Notes: generated by a model not told the origin, from the sequence alone. A stretch of 64,000 nucleotides of DNA from Felis catus (GCF_018350175.1 NC_058368.1:77130001-77194000); one strand, 5' to 3'. Counted from the stretch's first letter, positions 26,341 to 38,623 are shown. A program made the numbers and translations.

Positions 26341-26545
26341 CCTTTCCACTGGAAGCACCGGCTTGAAACCCCGCCATCTGTTTTGTCAGCGCGACAACTC
26401 ACGGGTCGGGTGCCGAGGCAAGGCGGCCACGCTCGGATGTGCACAGGCTCCCAGGGCCCCGCACGCTGCCCCGACCTGTTCCCAAACGGGGACAACGGGT
26501 GCGACACACTGAGCTGGCGCTCCGGCCAGCTTCTGGGCCCGGCAG
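26341..26545. promoter_or_regulatory. Small CpG-dense, GC-rich cluster (CpG-island-like)
   Basis: About 19 CpGs in about 205 bp by hand count, not within a recognisable young repeat. Confidence 0.45.
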
Positions 26546-26872
26546 GGACAGAGCTCAATGGCTGTTAAGTGCTTTCCTTCTGGAAAGTTGTGGATTAACC
26601 CCAGAGAACCCCTGGCCTCCCGGGGCCTCTCGTCGTGATACAGACTGCTGTGCTTCTGAGGGTTGGACGCCGTGAGCACAGCACCTCGGTGTCCCCGTGC
26701 TCCTCCGGAGCCTCACTGAGAACTGTCTGGAGGGTGACCAGGTCCCCACACTGACAGCTCTGTCAGGGACAAGGAGAGAGAGGCCCAGGAGGGATGCAGA
26801 GCACTGCCGGGAGCACTCATCAATCAGGGTCTTTGTCTCCCCATGAAATCCTTCAGGAGACGGACAGAGGAG

Positions 26873-26875
<3 letters not shown>

Positions 26876-26906
<31 letters not shown>

Positions 26907-27110
26907 AATTTATTTATTTCTTTATTTTAAGAGGGAGAGAGAGCACGATGGGGGGAGAGGCAGAAAAGAGGGAGAGAGAGAGAATCCCAAGCAGGCTCTG
27001 CACTGTCAGCACAGAGCCCGACGCGGGGCTTGAACTCAGAACCTCAAGATCAGGACCTGAGCTGAAGCCAAGAGTTTGAGGTTTAACCCACTGAGCCACC
27101 CAGACTTCTC
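26876..27110 (-). mobile_element. CAN-SINE with (TG)n at the tail
   Basis: Reverse body; (TG)n 26876-26902; TSD-like AGGAGCCTGTGT / AGGATCCTGTAT. Confidence 0.93.
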
Positions 27111-27140
27111 AGGATCCTGTATTTTTAAGGGTTCCTCTGT

Positions 27141-27353
27141 GGGGCGCCTGGGTGGCTCAGTGGGCTAAGTATCCGACTTCGGCTCAGGTCACCATCTCGC
27201 GGTTTGTGAGTTCAAGCCCCGTGTCCGGCTCTGTGCTGACAGCTCAGACCCTGGAGCCTGATTCAGATTCTTGTGTCCCTCTCTCTCTGCCCCCGCCCCG
27301 TTTGTACTCTGTCTCTCCAAAATAAATAAACGTGAAAAAAAAATTTTAAAAAT
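27141..27353 (+). mobile_element. CAN-SINE
   Basis: Head and body; TSD-like GGTTCCTCTGT / GGTTCCTGTGT. Confidence 0.95.
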
Positions 27354-27892
27354 AAAGGTTCCTGTGTTCCAGCCATCAACAGAGGCCCCGGGGCAAACGT
27401 GTGCTTTCATACTTCGTACTTCTCTTGGCCTATTTTCTCCTCATTTTTCAGCTCGTCTCTCCACAGACATCCCTCACCCGGCATCAGGAGAACAAGGTGA
27501 ACTCCGCGTAGCCTCTCACGCGTGGCTCTTTCCCACAGCACCTTGCCCCTCACTTAGGCGTAGGAGCGCAAAAAGGCAGAGGAACCAAGCCGCAGAGGAA
27601 CCAATTTGAAAACCTAGATTTCCGTCTTTCTAGACATTTGAAGGTTTAAATTGAATCCACTCTTTAATTGATTCCAATTGCACATTTATTGTAGAAAATC
27701 TCATTTTGTGATACTAACACAATTGACTAAAACTTGGTGTCAGGAATGCAGAGAGGACAGTTTTTTCCTTCCCCCTTGAAACACCACATGAATGATTTGG
27801 ATATAATTTCAATTAAAAAACAGATGGCAATGTTTGGAAATAAGGATAATGGATTATTATGCTTTTCCTTCTTTTATTTCTGGATTCGACGC

Positions 27893-28112
27893 TTTAAAAA
27901 TTTTTTTAATGTTTGTGGTTGAGAGAGAGAGAGAGAGAGAGAGACCGTGAGTGGGGGAGGGGCAGAGGGAGAAGGAGGCACAGAATCGGAAGCAGGCTCC
28001 AGACTTGGAGCTGTCAGCACAGAGCCCGACGCGGGGCTCAAACCCATGGACCGCGAGATCATGACCTGAGCTGAAGTCGGACGCTTAACTGACTGAGTCA
28101 CCCGGTTGCCCC
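27893..28112 (-). mobile_element. CAN-SINE
   Basis: Reverse body; CTGGATTC on both flanks. Confidence 0.95.
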
Positions 28113-28141
28113 TGGATTCTGTATTTTACTTCCCAATCTAT

Positions 28142-28358
28142 CTTTTTTTTTTTTTTAACGTTTATTTATTTTTGAGACAGAGAGAGACAGAGCATGAACA
28201 GGTGAGGGTCAGAGAGAGAGGGAGACACAGAATCTGAAACAGGCTCCAGGCTCTGAGCTGTCAGCACAGAGCCCGACGCGGGGCTCGAACTCACAGACCC
28301 GAGATCATGACCTGAGCCGAAGTTGGACGCTCAACCAACTGAGCCACCCAGGCGCCCC
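28142..28358 (-). mobile_element. CAN-SINE
   Basis: TSD CCAATCTAT at 28133-28141 and 28359-28367. Confidence 0.96.
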
Positions 28359-28367
28359 CCAATCTAT

Positions 28368-28568
28368 TTTTTGTAAAGATGTTTATTTATTTATTGAGAG
28401 AGAGAGAGAATGAGTGGGGGAGCGGCAGAGAGAGAGAGAGAATCCCAAGTAGACTCCGCTCTGCCAGTGCAGAGCCCTACTCAGGGTTCAGACTCTAAAC
28501 CGTGAGATCGTGACCTGAGCCAAAATTCAGAGTTGGACACGTAACCGACTGAGCCACCCAGGCGCCCC
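28368..28568 (-). mobile_element. Older CAN-SINE
   Basis: Reverse body followed by TCCCAATCT at 28569-28577. Confidence 0.94.
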
Positions 28569-28932
28569 TCCCAATCTGTATTTTGACCAGAGTGTGTTCA
28601 AACGGTAATTAAAAAAAATAAATCGTATCTTTCCCATTTCACATCTTGCTCGTACTCCGTATAAGCTATGTCATATCCTGTGTTTGACAGCATTCCTTAC
28701 GCTATGTTTCTTTCTTTGATTTTTTTTTTCTTTTTCTAGAACATCGCCTGCTTTCCAAACTGATCTGGTCCTGCCCTCTTCCTCCATCTGCTTATTTTAG
28801 CCACATTGCCGTCCACCTCGGTGCACTTCTGCACAGCCTCCCCACACCCCGGCCATTAATCACGCAACAACAAATACCTTGGGAGCACCGCTTGAAAAAT
28901 GAGTCAGCTTTGGAGCTCTCTGCTTCATGTTT

Positions 28933-29157
28933 GTTTTTTTTTTTAATTTTTTTTCAACGTTTATTTATTTTTGGGACAGAGAGAGACAGAGCATGAACGG
29001 GGGAGGGGCAGAGAGAGAGGGAGACGCAGAATCGGAAACAGGCTCCAGGCTCCGAGCCGTCAGCCCAGAGCCCGACGCGGGGCTCGAACTCCCGGACCGT
29101 GAGATCGTGACCTGGCTGAAGTCGGACGCTTACCCGACTGCGCCACCCAGGCGCCCC
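28933..29157 (-). mobile_element. Young CAN-SINE (SINEC_Fc type)
   Basis: Perfect 15-bp TSD CTCTGCTTCATGTTT at 28918-28932 and 29158-29172. Confidence 0.97.
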
Positions 29158-31130
29158 CTCTGCTTCATGTTTTAATGGAGCTTCAGTAAAACTATTTAGA
29201 GACCACTTTGGGATCATTCTGCTTTTTGAAAAAAAAAATGGAAGCCCCCTCACAAAAATAAAGGAAAAAGAGTAGCATTCAAAGAAAGAAATTTACCTGC
29301 CTTCCTTTTACGAACCTCAGAAAGTACCACCTGCCATCAGGTGGGTCCGTGTGCTCACTCGGTCCCACACTGCGCGTGAGCCTGTGTTGGAAGCTTCAAG
29401 AAAGGGCTCTGTGTGGGTCCTGGTCCGGGAGAGAAACCAAGATCAAGGGAGAAAATGAGGGAAGTGTATTTTCGTTTTTCTGACCTGTTTTTGTTTAAGA
29501 AGGTATGTTAACACTTCTGAAGGAGAGCAGCCAACTGAAGACAGAGTCTGGAAAATTCCTCCCCCCAAATCTGGTCTGCTGTTGTCTTGGAATGTAAAGA
29601 CAAGGTTATGTTCTCCTGTACCTACTCTGGGTGGATTACAGAAGGAGCCTTTGTTGTTGTTGTTATTGTTATTATAACTAAGTGGAAGGATTTCAGGAAT
29701 CCTTACTCTTTGAAAGCATTTCCAAATACTTCTCTTCCTTATGTTTGGGCCGAAGCTGTTGTAGCCCATTGCTTCTTCATTAATTCTCACATAGTAAGAT
29801 ACTAAATTCTCACAGCAAGTCCAGGGAATGTTCGTTTGCTGCTGAGATCGATAAAGTACACACAGAGTGTGAACGTGGACAAACAGCGATGAATCGTGGT
29901 TTATGAATCGAAGACATGATTGTCTCGTATGCCTTCTCAGAACCCTGCCCTCGGTCCCCTTTGCCCTCAACGGAGCCCAGGTTGGTGCCTCTGGGGGTCA
30001 GAACTCCACCTACGATCCCCACCCCCAATGAGATCCAACCTGACTCAGAGCTCATCCTGCCTCGTTGTTCACGTCTTGTCCCCTGGATCCTCAGACTTTC
30101 TAAAACACACCCCGAACTCACGGCTACCTCCACATCTTCCCTGCAACTCGGTTCCTTCACAGAGATTGTCTTTCTCTCTCTTGGCCTCTTGCGAGAAAAT
30201 TTGATTCCTCATCCCAGATTCAGGTTTCCGAGGACTATCCCGATATCGTCGAAATGAGCATCTCCCCACGTCAGGCTTTCGGAGCCACTTATTGGCTCCT
30301 CTGCTATGAATGTGAGGACGGTTCGCTGTGGATTACAGACACCGCTTGCACTGCTGCCTTCTTCAGGAGATTCTGGATTCCTTGAAGACCGCCCTCGGTG
30401 TATGAAATTGAAATAGCAATGGTTTATCAAATACGTATGCATATTGCCCTATTCATAGATGTTTCCCAATGTTCATATTTATTGTGACTATGTCATAAAA
30501 TAGTAATGAGTTCTAACTTCTTTTCTTCGGACCCACACAAGTAAACACCTACCCAAGTTGCTGGAGTTAGCCAGCAATCCACCATGATGGCATCCAAAGA
30601 AATATTGCATCTTAACCTAAAAGTACGCGTTAAACTGCTTTGGAAATTATAAGGCACAATAGTTAAACTAACTGGGATTACACTGAGAATTTTAAGTATC
30701 GACCCCCCCCCCCCAAACCACATCTATTTCTCTCTCTTTTCCAACTATAGAAATTATCTTACTTTACACATTTTACAAATCGTTTTCTTTTCGCTCGTGG
30801 GTTAGCCTTCTTTCTGAGGGCCTGAGAGACCACGGCACTGGCCGGCCAGACAAGCGGTGTTGGCTCTTCCTGAACGAGACACATGCTGTGGTCAGTCTGC
30901 TGTGAGCCTGCCGGAAAAACCAGCTCGGGTGTCCCAGTCTGCAGGCTGGTTCAACAAGGGCCTGGCTCCCCTGACTTGCCCTTGAGATTAACTTGGGACT
31001 GAAGTACATCTAATGCCTACTGGATGCTGGTCTTGTTCATCTTGAGGATGTGGAAGATTTCTGGAGAGTTCTGGAGTTATCCCAGAACCCTGATTTGCTT
31101 GCAGTTTCAAAGGAATACAGTGTGTGGTAC

Positions 31131-31346
31131 GTGAAAAAAAAATATGTTATCTTACTTATTTTGAGAGACAGACAGACAGACAGAGAGACAGCATGAGTAG
31201 GGGTGGAGCAGAGAGAGAGAATCCCAGGCAGGCTCCGCGCTGACAGCACAGAGCCCCAGGCAGGGCTTGAACTCACAAACCGTGGGATCGAGACCTGAGC
31301 CAAAAGCAGAGTGGGATGCTTAACCGACTGAGCCACCCACACCCCC
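31131..31346 (-). mobile_element. CAN-SINE inserted at the start of the MLT1 LTR
   Basis: TSD TGTGTGGTAC at 31121-31130 and 31348-31357. Confidence 0.95.
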
Positions 31347-33306
31347 ATGTGTGGTACTTTTAAAATATGTCCACAAAATCGGCCCTTTTCCTGCCAAAGG
31401 AGGAGACCAATTCTTCTCCCCTTGACTACGGGCTTGACTTAGTATCTTGATTCTAACAGAATGTGGCAAAAGTGATAGTGAGTAACTTCTGAAACGAGGT
31501 CATAAAAGACAGCAGCACTTCCGTCTTATCTCTCGGATCAATAGCCAGGTCTCAAGAGTAACCTCTCAGCTCTTAGAGTGGTTATGACAGCACGGAACTG
31601 AGATTTCTTGCCGACAACCGGTACCAATGGACCAGCCACGTGAGAATGCCATCTTGGGAGTGGATCCTCTAGCCCCAGTCAAGCTGGCTGACAAGTTGCC
31701 ACGACCATGGGAGAGACTCTGGCTGAGCTGAGCCAGCACCTACCCACCTGTGGGGCTCTCAGGCTCCAGAGCTACAGAAAAGATAAAACAGTGGAGGATC
31801 TTTTTTGTCCCAAGTCCGCTAAGTTTTTGGGTAGTTTGTCATCCATCTGCCTTAACTAATACAGGATGTGGTATCTGGAAGCAGGGTACCGCCATAACAA
31901 GAAACCTTCAACATGAGCTTGGATTTGGAATTGCCCAGGCAGTGGGTGCTTGGAGGACCTCAAGAGGAGTTGAGTGAAAGCTTAACTGTTTTGAAGAGGT
32001 TGTTAATAGAAGCCTCATGGCTTTTGACAAGATGGCAAGTTATGGCTAAAAGGAGAGTGAGAAAAATGTTCTTGGAAACTGGAAGGAACAAACGCTTATA
32101 TTGTAGTGGTGTCAGTTTCGGCAGCCACGGTGAAGGTAGAGTGGAAGGCAAAAAAGGGAGCTAGTGAATTGGGGGATATAGCTGATAGGATTTCTAGGCA
32201 GACCTTTAGAGGGATTGCCTGGCTTCTGCTTGGCTGCTTGCAAGAGAAGATACTAGAGAGAAAGTTCTAGAAGGTTCTCTAGTACCCGAGAAGGTACCAG
32301 AGGAGGTTCTGGAATCCTAAAGGAGACAAAAATTGCTGTTTTGAAAAATCCAGACTCTCCATCAAATGATGCCAAAGTTAAAAATGGCTCTGGGGCAAAG
32401 ATCAAGTCCAGAGCAGGATCAGGGGAGCTCGATGTGAAGAGGTAGCCTGCCAGGGGTGTGGCTGTAAATTCCTTTGTTAAGATTGCAGAAATACCTAATA
32501 GGTACCTCGGAGACCATTCGGAAATTAAGGTTCCTGAAAATCTTCAGAGTGTTGTCTCTTCCTGGGGTCAGAGGAAGTCCAGAGTAGAGAAAGCTTTATC
32601 TCAAAGATATTTGGAGTTGTGATGTGTGTCTAAAGGAGTGAATGCTTGCAGGGATCATAGGAGAAACACAACAGTTCTTTAAGCATTTGATTGGCAAAAA
32701 CATTGCTTGCTTGAACTACAAAGGATAGAAACAGTAGAATTGAAAAGAGACTTTTAGAAACCTGAAATTTCTACAAGCAAGAAGCAGGCTGAGAAAACTA
32801 TTCAGCTGAAAACACAAGCTGCCTTTCATGGAAAAGAAAGAATAATTAGAGGAAAACCGAACGCTTGGAAGGGGAGTCACAAGCTGGAGATGATTCCCTG
32901 CCATGACTATGCATCAAGGAACCGTCACACGTGCCTTACTAGACTTCAAAATTGCCACTGACCGGTGCCTCCTGTGTGTCTTGTGTTCTACCATTTTTAA
33001 AAGGGGGTGTTGGCACTGGGTACCTGAGTTTGTCTCACCATTATATATGGGTGTGGGGCACAGTTGACTTGTCTCTTCAGCTGCAGGTCCCCAGACGGGG
33101 AAGACCAGGACTCAAGTGAGCACATCCTAAGAGCTTCATCCACAACTCAGCTTGACTTAGACGCCAAGATCCTCTAACACGAGTCCCGGTTGGTACTGTG
33201 ATAAATAAGATTGGGGGTGAGTGTGGGAGGGAGTGTGTGTGTTTTGCATGTGGGAAGAAGGTTAATAATTCATTGTGAGAGAGCAGACTCTGGTGGCTTT
33301 ATAATA

Positions 33307-33540
33307 CAGCAAAATTTTGATCTGGAAGCATAATTCATTCTGGAAACACGCTTGTAATCCAAAGCATTTGTATATCAAAGGTGATTTCAAGAACCATTGG
33401 CTCACTTGTGATCATGTGACGTGCGGTGTCACGTGCTACTCGTATTGCAAGACATCGCTCGTTTATCAAGTTAAAATTCATTAGAAATGTTTGCTGGTCT
33501 TGTAGAACCCTCGCAGAACTTGCGGTCCAAGGTTTTACCA
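33307..33540. mobile_element. Tc1/mariner (Tigger-type) MITE
   Basis: TA on both flanks; degenerate TIRs CAGCAAAATTTTGA … CCAAGGTTTTACCA; internal sequence resembles a MITE I recall as common in cat. Confidence 0.75.
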
Positions 33541-35514
33541 TACATGCCCAGAGGTGGGAATCCCTGTGGACCATCTTGGAAGCTGGCTAGTACAGTGTGA
33601 TCACAAGTGATTTTTCTTTATTCTACTATGTTTGGGGACAGCTTATTATGCAACAGCAGATAACTACTAGACAAACAGACCATAATGGAATATTTTGTTT
33701 ATTCCTGATGATTCTAAATGAGAGGCGCCATGGTCTCCTGCCTCCTTCTCTCCGTGGAGGACCAGGAGCTGGCAGGGACCAGAAGGTTCCACACGGGCTC
33801 CCATCTTAGTCAAGCTCTCTAGTTGGAGAGGTGTACCAGGCACTCCAGAATCTCTGGAATGGGCTTGACGTCCTAGTCACCAGTGCTGGGGCATAAATCT
33901 TGACGATTGGTTTTGTTCAGTTTTATGAATATCCGGTTTTATTCATCTGTTTTCTAATTTTGTACACTTCAGATTTTTCGGTTTTATCCTAAGTTCCACT
34001 CTTGGGTTCTAAAGCTTTTGTATTCCCTTTGGTAAACAAATGTCATTTGCCTTTAGAATAAGCTTTTTACACCACGTCTTTTTAAATATAAAAGGTATGG
34101 AGTTTGCTTCCTACCCAGGCCTTTTCCAGAACCCAGAATGTAAATCAGCCTCCCCAGATAGAAGCACAGAAAAAGAGGAGATCAGAGAAGTACAGCATGT
34201 TGTTGCCAACAAGGTGGAAAATTCATCCGAAATGACAGAAATCCTGTGTAATGATGAATCTCTGAGGATTCCTGTGTCACAGCAAACTAGCTGATCGGCG
34301 TGTGCAATTGAGCTATCGCTTAATATCAATACTTACACTCCCCTTTGAATTGAAAATGAGGCAATTAAAAGTTCCTAAATTCCTTGTTTTCAATTGCTTC
34401 TGGTCCCCTTGGGTTTGCCATAGCCCAGTTTTGTGCCTCTTATTTTGAGAAGCCCTGTCTTGCAAATTTGAAAGTTCATAGACTCTATTTTGAAATAGAC
34501 TGCCTTCCAGAAATAGATGTTACTTTATTATTTTCCACTCCCTCTGGGATGTCTTGACAAAAATGGCAAAACCCAAAGACTTCCTGAAGGCTAATCTTTT
34601 TTCTGGGTCATATGATTCTTTTCAGTTTTCATCTGGAGAGGGTTTTCTGATAACAACAGGTTTGGCTGTCGGTGAACTGGAGAAAATCCTGTTGCTTTCG
34701 TATTAACAATGAGTAGAATGCCGGCGCAGTACGGCTATTTGCTTAACACAATAGAAGTTGGTACAGAGTAGACTTACAGGAGTCAAATAGACCGTGTGGG
34801 AAAATCTGTATTCGTGCAACTGAGTCAAAAAACACTTCTGAATGCAGAACCGCTGACCAGACTGTAGCAAACAATTTGGTCAACTTTAATTCATATCCAA
34901 AGATTAAATTGGATTAAGAAGATGCCTATGAAGAAATGGTTAAATACTGCAATCAGCAGAGATCTGCAACCCAAAAGGGGGGAAGAAAAGAGAAGAGTCA
35001 GTGAAATGAAACATTAGAAACGCAAAACAATATGCAATTAATAACGGCTGTCTCAGAGGCAGGTGTCTTACAGGTGGAAACCACAAAAGCACGAGCGATC
35101 AAAGGTGCTGAAGTCCTCAAACTCATTACTCACATGCATCATGAAGTGGAAAGCAAACAGTGATTAGATTACAGAGATGCTCTCTCTACTGATATTTTTA
35201 AGCTTCTGCCTCTGTTGGCTAAACAGTTTCCAAGTGGATATGAATGTAGTTCAACCTGGTGTGTCTGAGTTTATTGGCTAGACATAGCCTTCCAGATATG
35301 GCTTGAATAAATCACTGCTTTACCTCGGGCAGGTTGCCAGCCCAGGAAGGCCTATGAGGTTGTGGGGTCAAGAGCGAGACCCGGGCCAGGAGTCAGGAGG
35401 TTCACCAGCTGGGCATGAATGGATTTAATAACGCCGTGGCTCCCAATTTCCTATTGACAAAATGCAAGTCTGAGTTCCTCTTCACAAGGTGGTTGAGAAA
35501 GAGTCAAATATAAT

Positions 35515-35620
35515 TGCACACATACGTGCACACACTCACGTGCATGCACACACTCTCGCACTCACATGCAAATACACACACACACAAATACACACACACA
35601 CAAATACACACACACACACG
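35515..35620. repeat. Compound (CA)n microsatellite
   Basis: Directly visible. Confidence 0.9.
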
Positions 35621-36320
35621 CAAAAGCACTGTAGAATTCATTTTTTTTTTTAACAAGTCTAGTCAATGAAAGGGAACTTTATGAGGGTCCCACAGCCACA
35701 GGGCTCGGGCAGAAAGCCACTCTGCAGGAGGAGTGCTGGGTTTAGAGGATGTCACATTGTAGTCGGCCCATATAAAAACTAGCATAATAAATTCTAATTC
35801 TTAAGGTAAATAGATTATTGCTTTTATTATTCAAATGACACCATGATGTCATTTCGTCCAATGGGGTCCTTGCCTCCAGGCAAGCAAGTAGGGAGGGTGA
35901 TCCTGAAACTAATGTAGGTTTTAAGATTCCAAAACCACAGGCTGGGGGAGGAGGAAGGGAGTGGAGGTAGGTTCCGTGATGTGAGGTGCACTGACCTCCA
36001 CAGCCTCTGCGTGACTTCCCTTGGAATATAATTCCTGGGGGACGCTCGGTAATGAACAACCCAAAGACTGGCCTAGCACACACACGTGTTCCAGTCCTTT
36101 AGAGTCATGGTCAGTACACATCCCGTGTGCGTGAGGTCTTGCTGGGAGTTAAAACCAGCTGAAGTCATGGAGGAAATAAAGGTTGAGTTTTAGGTGCAGC
36201 CATTTGGGGACAATTCATACTTTGTTTTATAGCCAGAGATCTCAGCGACAGATGTCCCTGGTCATGACCGAAGCAAAGAGGAGGCTGGGGCAGCACAAAT
36301 CAGCCAGTGTGGTATTAAAA

Positions 36321-36543
36321 CAGGGTTTATCAACCTCTGATTTACTGACACTGGGCCAGAAAGTTCCTTGGGTGGGGGGGCATGCCGTGCACTGTAAGGT
36401 GGTTCGCAGCTTCCCTGGCCTCCACCTGCTGGAAGCCTGTAACAAACAGCCTTCTCTCCCAAGTTGTGACAACCAAGAGATGTCCACGGACATAGCTGAA
36501 TGTCCCCTGGGGTACCAGATTATTCTTATTTGAGAACCGTTGC
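36321..36543 (+). mobile_element. MER20 (hAT-Charlie)
   Basis: CAG…TCAACCT start, GTGCACTGTAAGG, AGTTGTGACAACCAA, TGTCCCCTGGGG, TTGAGAACC end. Confidence 0.85.
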
Positions 36544-36996
36544 TCTAAAAACATCTCACAAAGCTGACCCATGGATTACTAGTCGTATTTGTATAGCAGT
36601 TGGAAGAGCCCAAGTCTTAAATGCAGATTCTATATTAGTAAAAGGTCAATAGCATACTTAAACTATTTTTACAGCAATTTTAAATGTGTATATGCTTCAG
36701 ATACTAATGTGTTTTTGAAACTAAAAAGACTATTGCCTTCTTATTAATAGACCTTTTTATATTTTAATCAATAAGCAGGGCCATCCGCTTACTGGATTAC
36801 TCTCTTTTTAATTCTGCTTGCCTTATTCCAAAATAAGATTCGGGAAATAGTGCATCAAGAAATAAAGTAATACTATATAAAATCAAACACGTTAAAATGT
36901 AATAGCTGAAGTTTTCCTTCAAAACTTCATGTATCTGAGAGTTTTGTTTTTCTTTTATCACCATGCTAGCAAGATGTCTAAAAAGAAACGAATTTA

Positions 36997-37222
36997 GGGG
37001 CGTCTGGGTGGCTCAGTCAGTTAAGCTTCCGGCTCTTGACTTTGGCTCAGGTCATGATCTCACAGTTCGTGGGTTCAAGCCCCACATCAGGCTCTGAACT
37101 GACAGTGTGGAGCCTGCTTGGGATTCTCTCTCTCTCTCCCTCTCTCTCTGCCCCTCCCCCACTCGTCTGCTCTGTCTCTCTCTCTCTAAATAAAAATAAA
37201 CTTAAAAAAAATAATAAAAGAA
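36997..37222 (+). mobile_element. CAN-SINE
   Basis: Head and body; TSD-like AGAAAC(G/A)AATTTA. Confidence 0.95.
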
Positions 37223-37300
37223 AAGAGAAACAAATTTAAAACATAGATTTCCAGTCTCCATACACTTTGAACAACAGGAACATAGCTAATACATGCACAC

Positions 37301-37831
37301 GTGATGGTTAGTTTTATGTGTCAACATGACTAGGCCAGGGGAGGCCCAGAAAGCTGCTTGGCTATTATTTCTGGGTGTGTCTGTGAGGGTGTTTCCAGAA
37401 GAGATTAGCATTTGGGTTGGTGGGCTGAGGAAAGCTGTCCTTACCAAGTGGGTGGGCATCATCCAATCCACTGAGAGACCAAACAGAACAAAAAGATGGA
37501 GGGAGGTTGGACCCACTCTGACTGCTTCACTGAGATGTCATCTTCCCCTGTCCTCAGCATGCCTGGTTCTCAGACTAGAATGTATGCCAGCTCAAGGCTC
37601 CCGGGCCCCGGAACTAAACACTGGCTTTCTCATGTCACCAGCTTGTAGATACCAGAAGGTGGGACTTCTCAGCCTCCATAATATAATAAACTCCTTTATA
37701 TACAAATATAAATATGCACATATGCATATATATATATATATATATATATATGGATATGAATATGTGCAAGCTCCCTATCTATCTGTGTTTATGTCTCTAT
37801 AGCTCACTGGCTCTGTTTCTGGGAGAGCCCT
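37301..37831 (+). mobile_element. MLT2 (ERVL) LTR with internal (TA)n
   Basis: GTGATGGTTAGTTTTATGTGTCAAC…TTTCTGGGTGTGTCTGTGAGGGTGTTTCCAGAAGAGATTAGCATTTG…GGGACTTCTCAGCCTCCATAAT. Confidence 0.88.
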
Positions 37832-37837
37832 CCCTTT

Positions 37838-38240
37838 CAACTTCAGAATGTTGCATTACTTGAGAAGATGGTCTTTGCAGATGTAATTGAGTTAAGGATT
37901 GGAAGTTGAGATCATCCTGGATTTAAGTGGGTCCTAAATCCAATGACTCCTTGGAAGAAGCAAAGAGGACACAGGTCAGGGAGAAGCCATGTGAGGATAG
38001 AGGCAAAGATTGGAAGGATGCATCTGTAGGATGGGGACTGCCAAGGATTGTCTGCCATCACTAGAAGCTGGAGAGAAACATGGAATAAATCCTCCCTCAG
38101 AGCCTCCGGAAAGAAGCATCCCTTTGGCACCCCCGAATTTCAGACTTCTGGCTTCCTGAACTGTGAGGGAATAAGTTTCTGTCCTTTTAAGCTATCCAGG
38201 ATGTGGCGATATGTTACAGCGTCTCTAGGAGACTAATACC
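37838..38240 (+). mobile_element. MLT1C/D-like LTR
   Basis: GGTCTTTGCAGATGTAATT…GAGATCATCCTGGATTTA…CTAGGAGACTAATAC. Confidence 0.85.
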
Positions 38241-38262
38241 GTGCATGTGTTGGCATGGGTCA

Positions 38263-38623
38263 CTGTCTTAGTCAGGGCTGTTGTCACTGAACACCATAGC
38301 CTGGGGGACTTAGAAACAGCACACATTTGTTTCTCGCAGTTGTGGAGGCTGGGTGGTCATAGACCCAGGTGTCAGCAGACAGGGTGTCTGGTGAGACTCC
38401 TTTGTTTGCAGATGGCTTTCTTCTCATTAAGTCGTCACGTGGTAGAGAGAGAGAAAGATCATCCCTCCGTGTCTTTTCTTATAGAGGCACTACTCCCATT
38501 TATGAGGGTCCCGCTGTCATGATCTAATCAATCCCCAAAGGCCTCACCTCCTAATACCATCACATTGGGGACTTTGGGTTCAACATACAAATTTTAAGGG
38601 GACATAAACATTCGGTCTATTGC
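38263..38623 (-). mobile_element. MLT1A-like LTR
   Basis: TGTCTTAGTCAGGGCTG…CACCTCCTAATACCATCACATTGGGG…GGGGACATAAACATTC. Confidence 0.85.

Larger units (their letters stand above)
31123..33670 (+). mobile_element. Near-complete MaLR element (MLT1G/F-like): 5' LTR, internal region, broken 3' LTR
   Basis: 5' LTR TGTGGTAC…AAATATGTCCACAAA… ending AACTAATACA at ~31863; MLT1-int-like sequence 31864-33288; purine-rich GAGAGCAGAC then LTR restart; LTR end TTATGCAACAGCAGATAACTA at ~33667. Confidence 0.75.

Noticed and set aside
25766..26377. 203-aa ORF, the longest in the window
   Set aside because: Overlaps an L2 fragment and GC-rich sequence; no recognisable homology or exon structure.
29335..29350. 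CTCF-like CCATCAGGTGGGTC (also weak matches near 10795 and 62095)
   Set aside because: Several mismatches at key core positions.
29443..29970. 175-aa ORF with poly-N
   Set aside because: Poly-N comes from a (TTG/TTA)n simple repeat; no recognisable domain.
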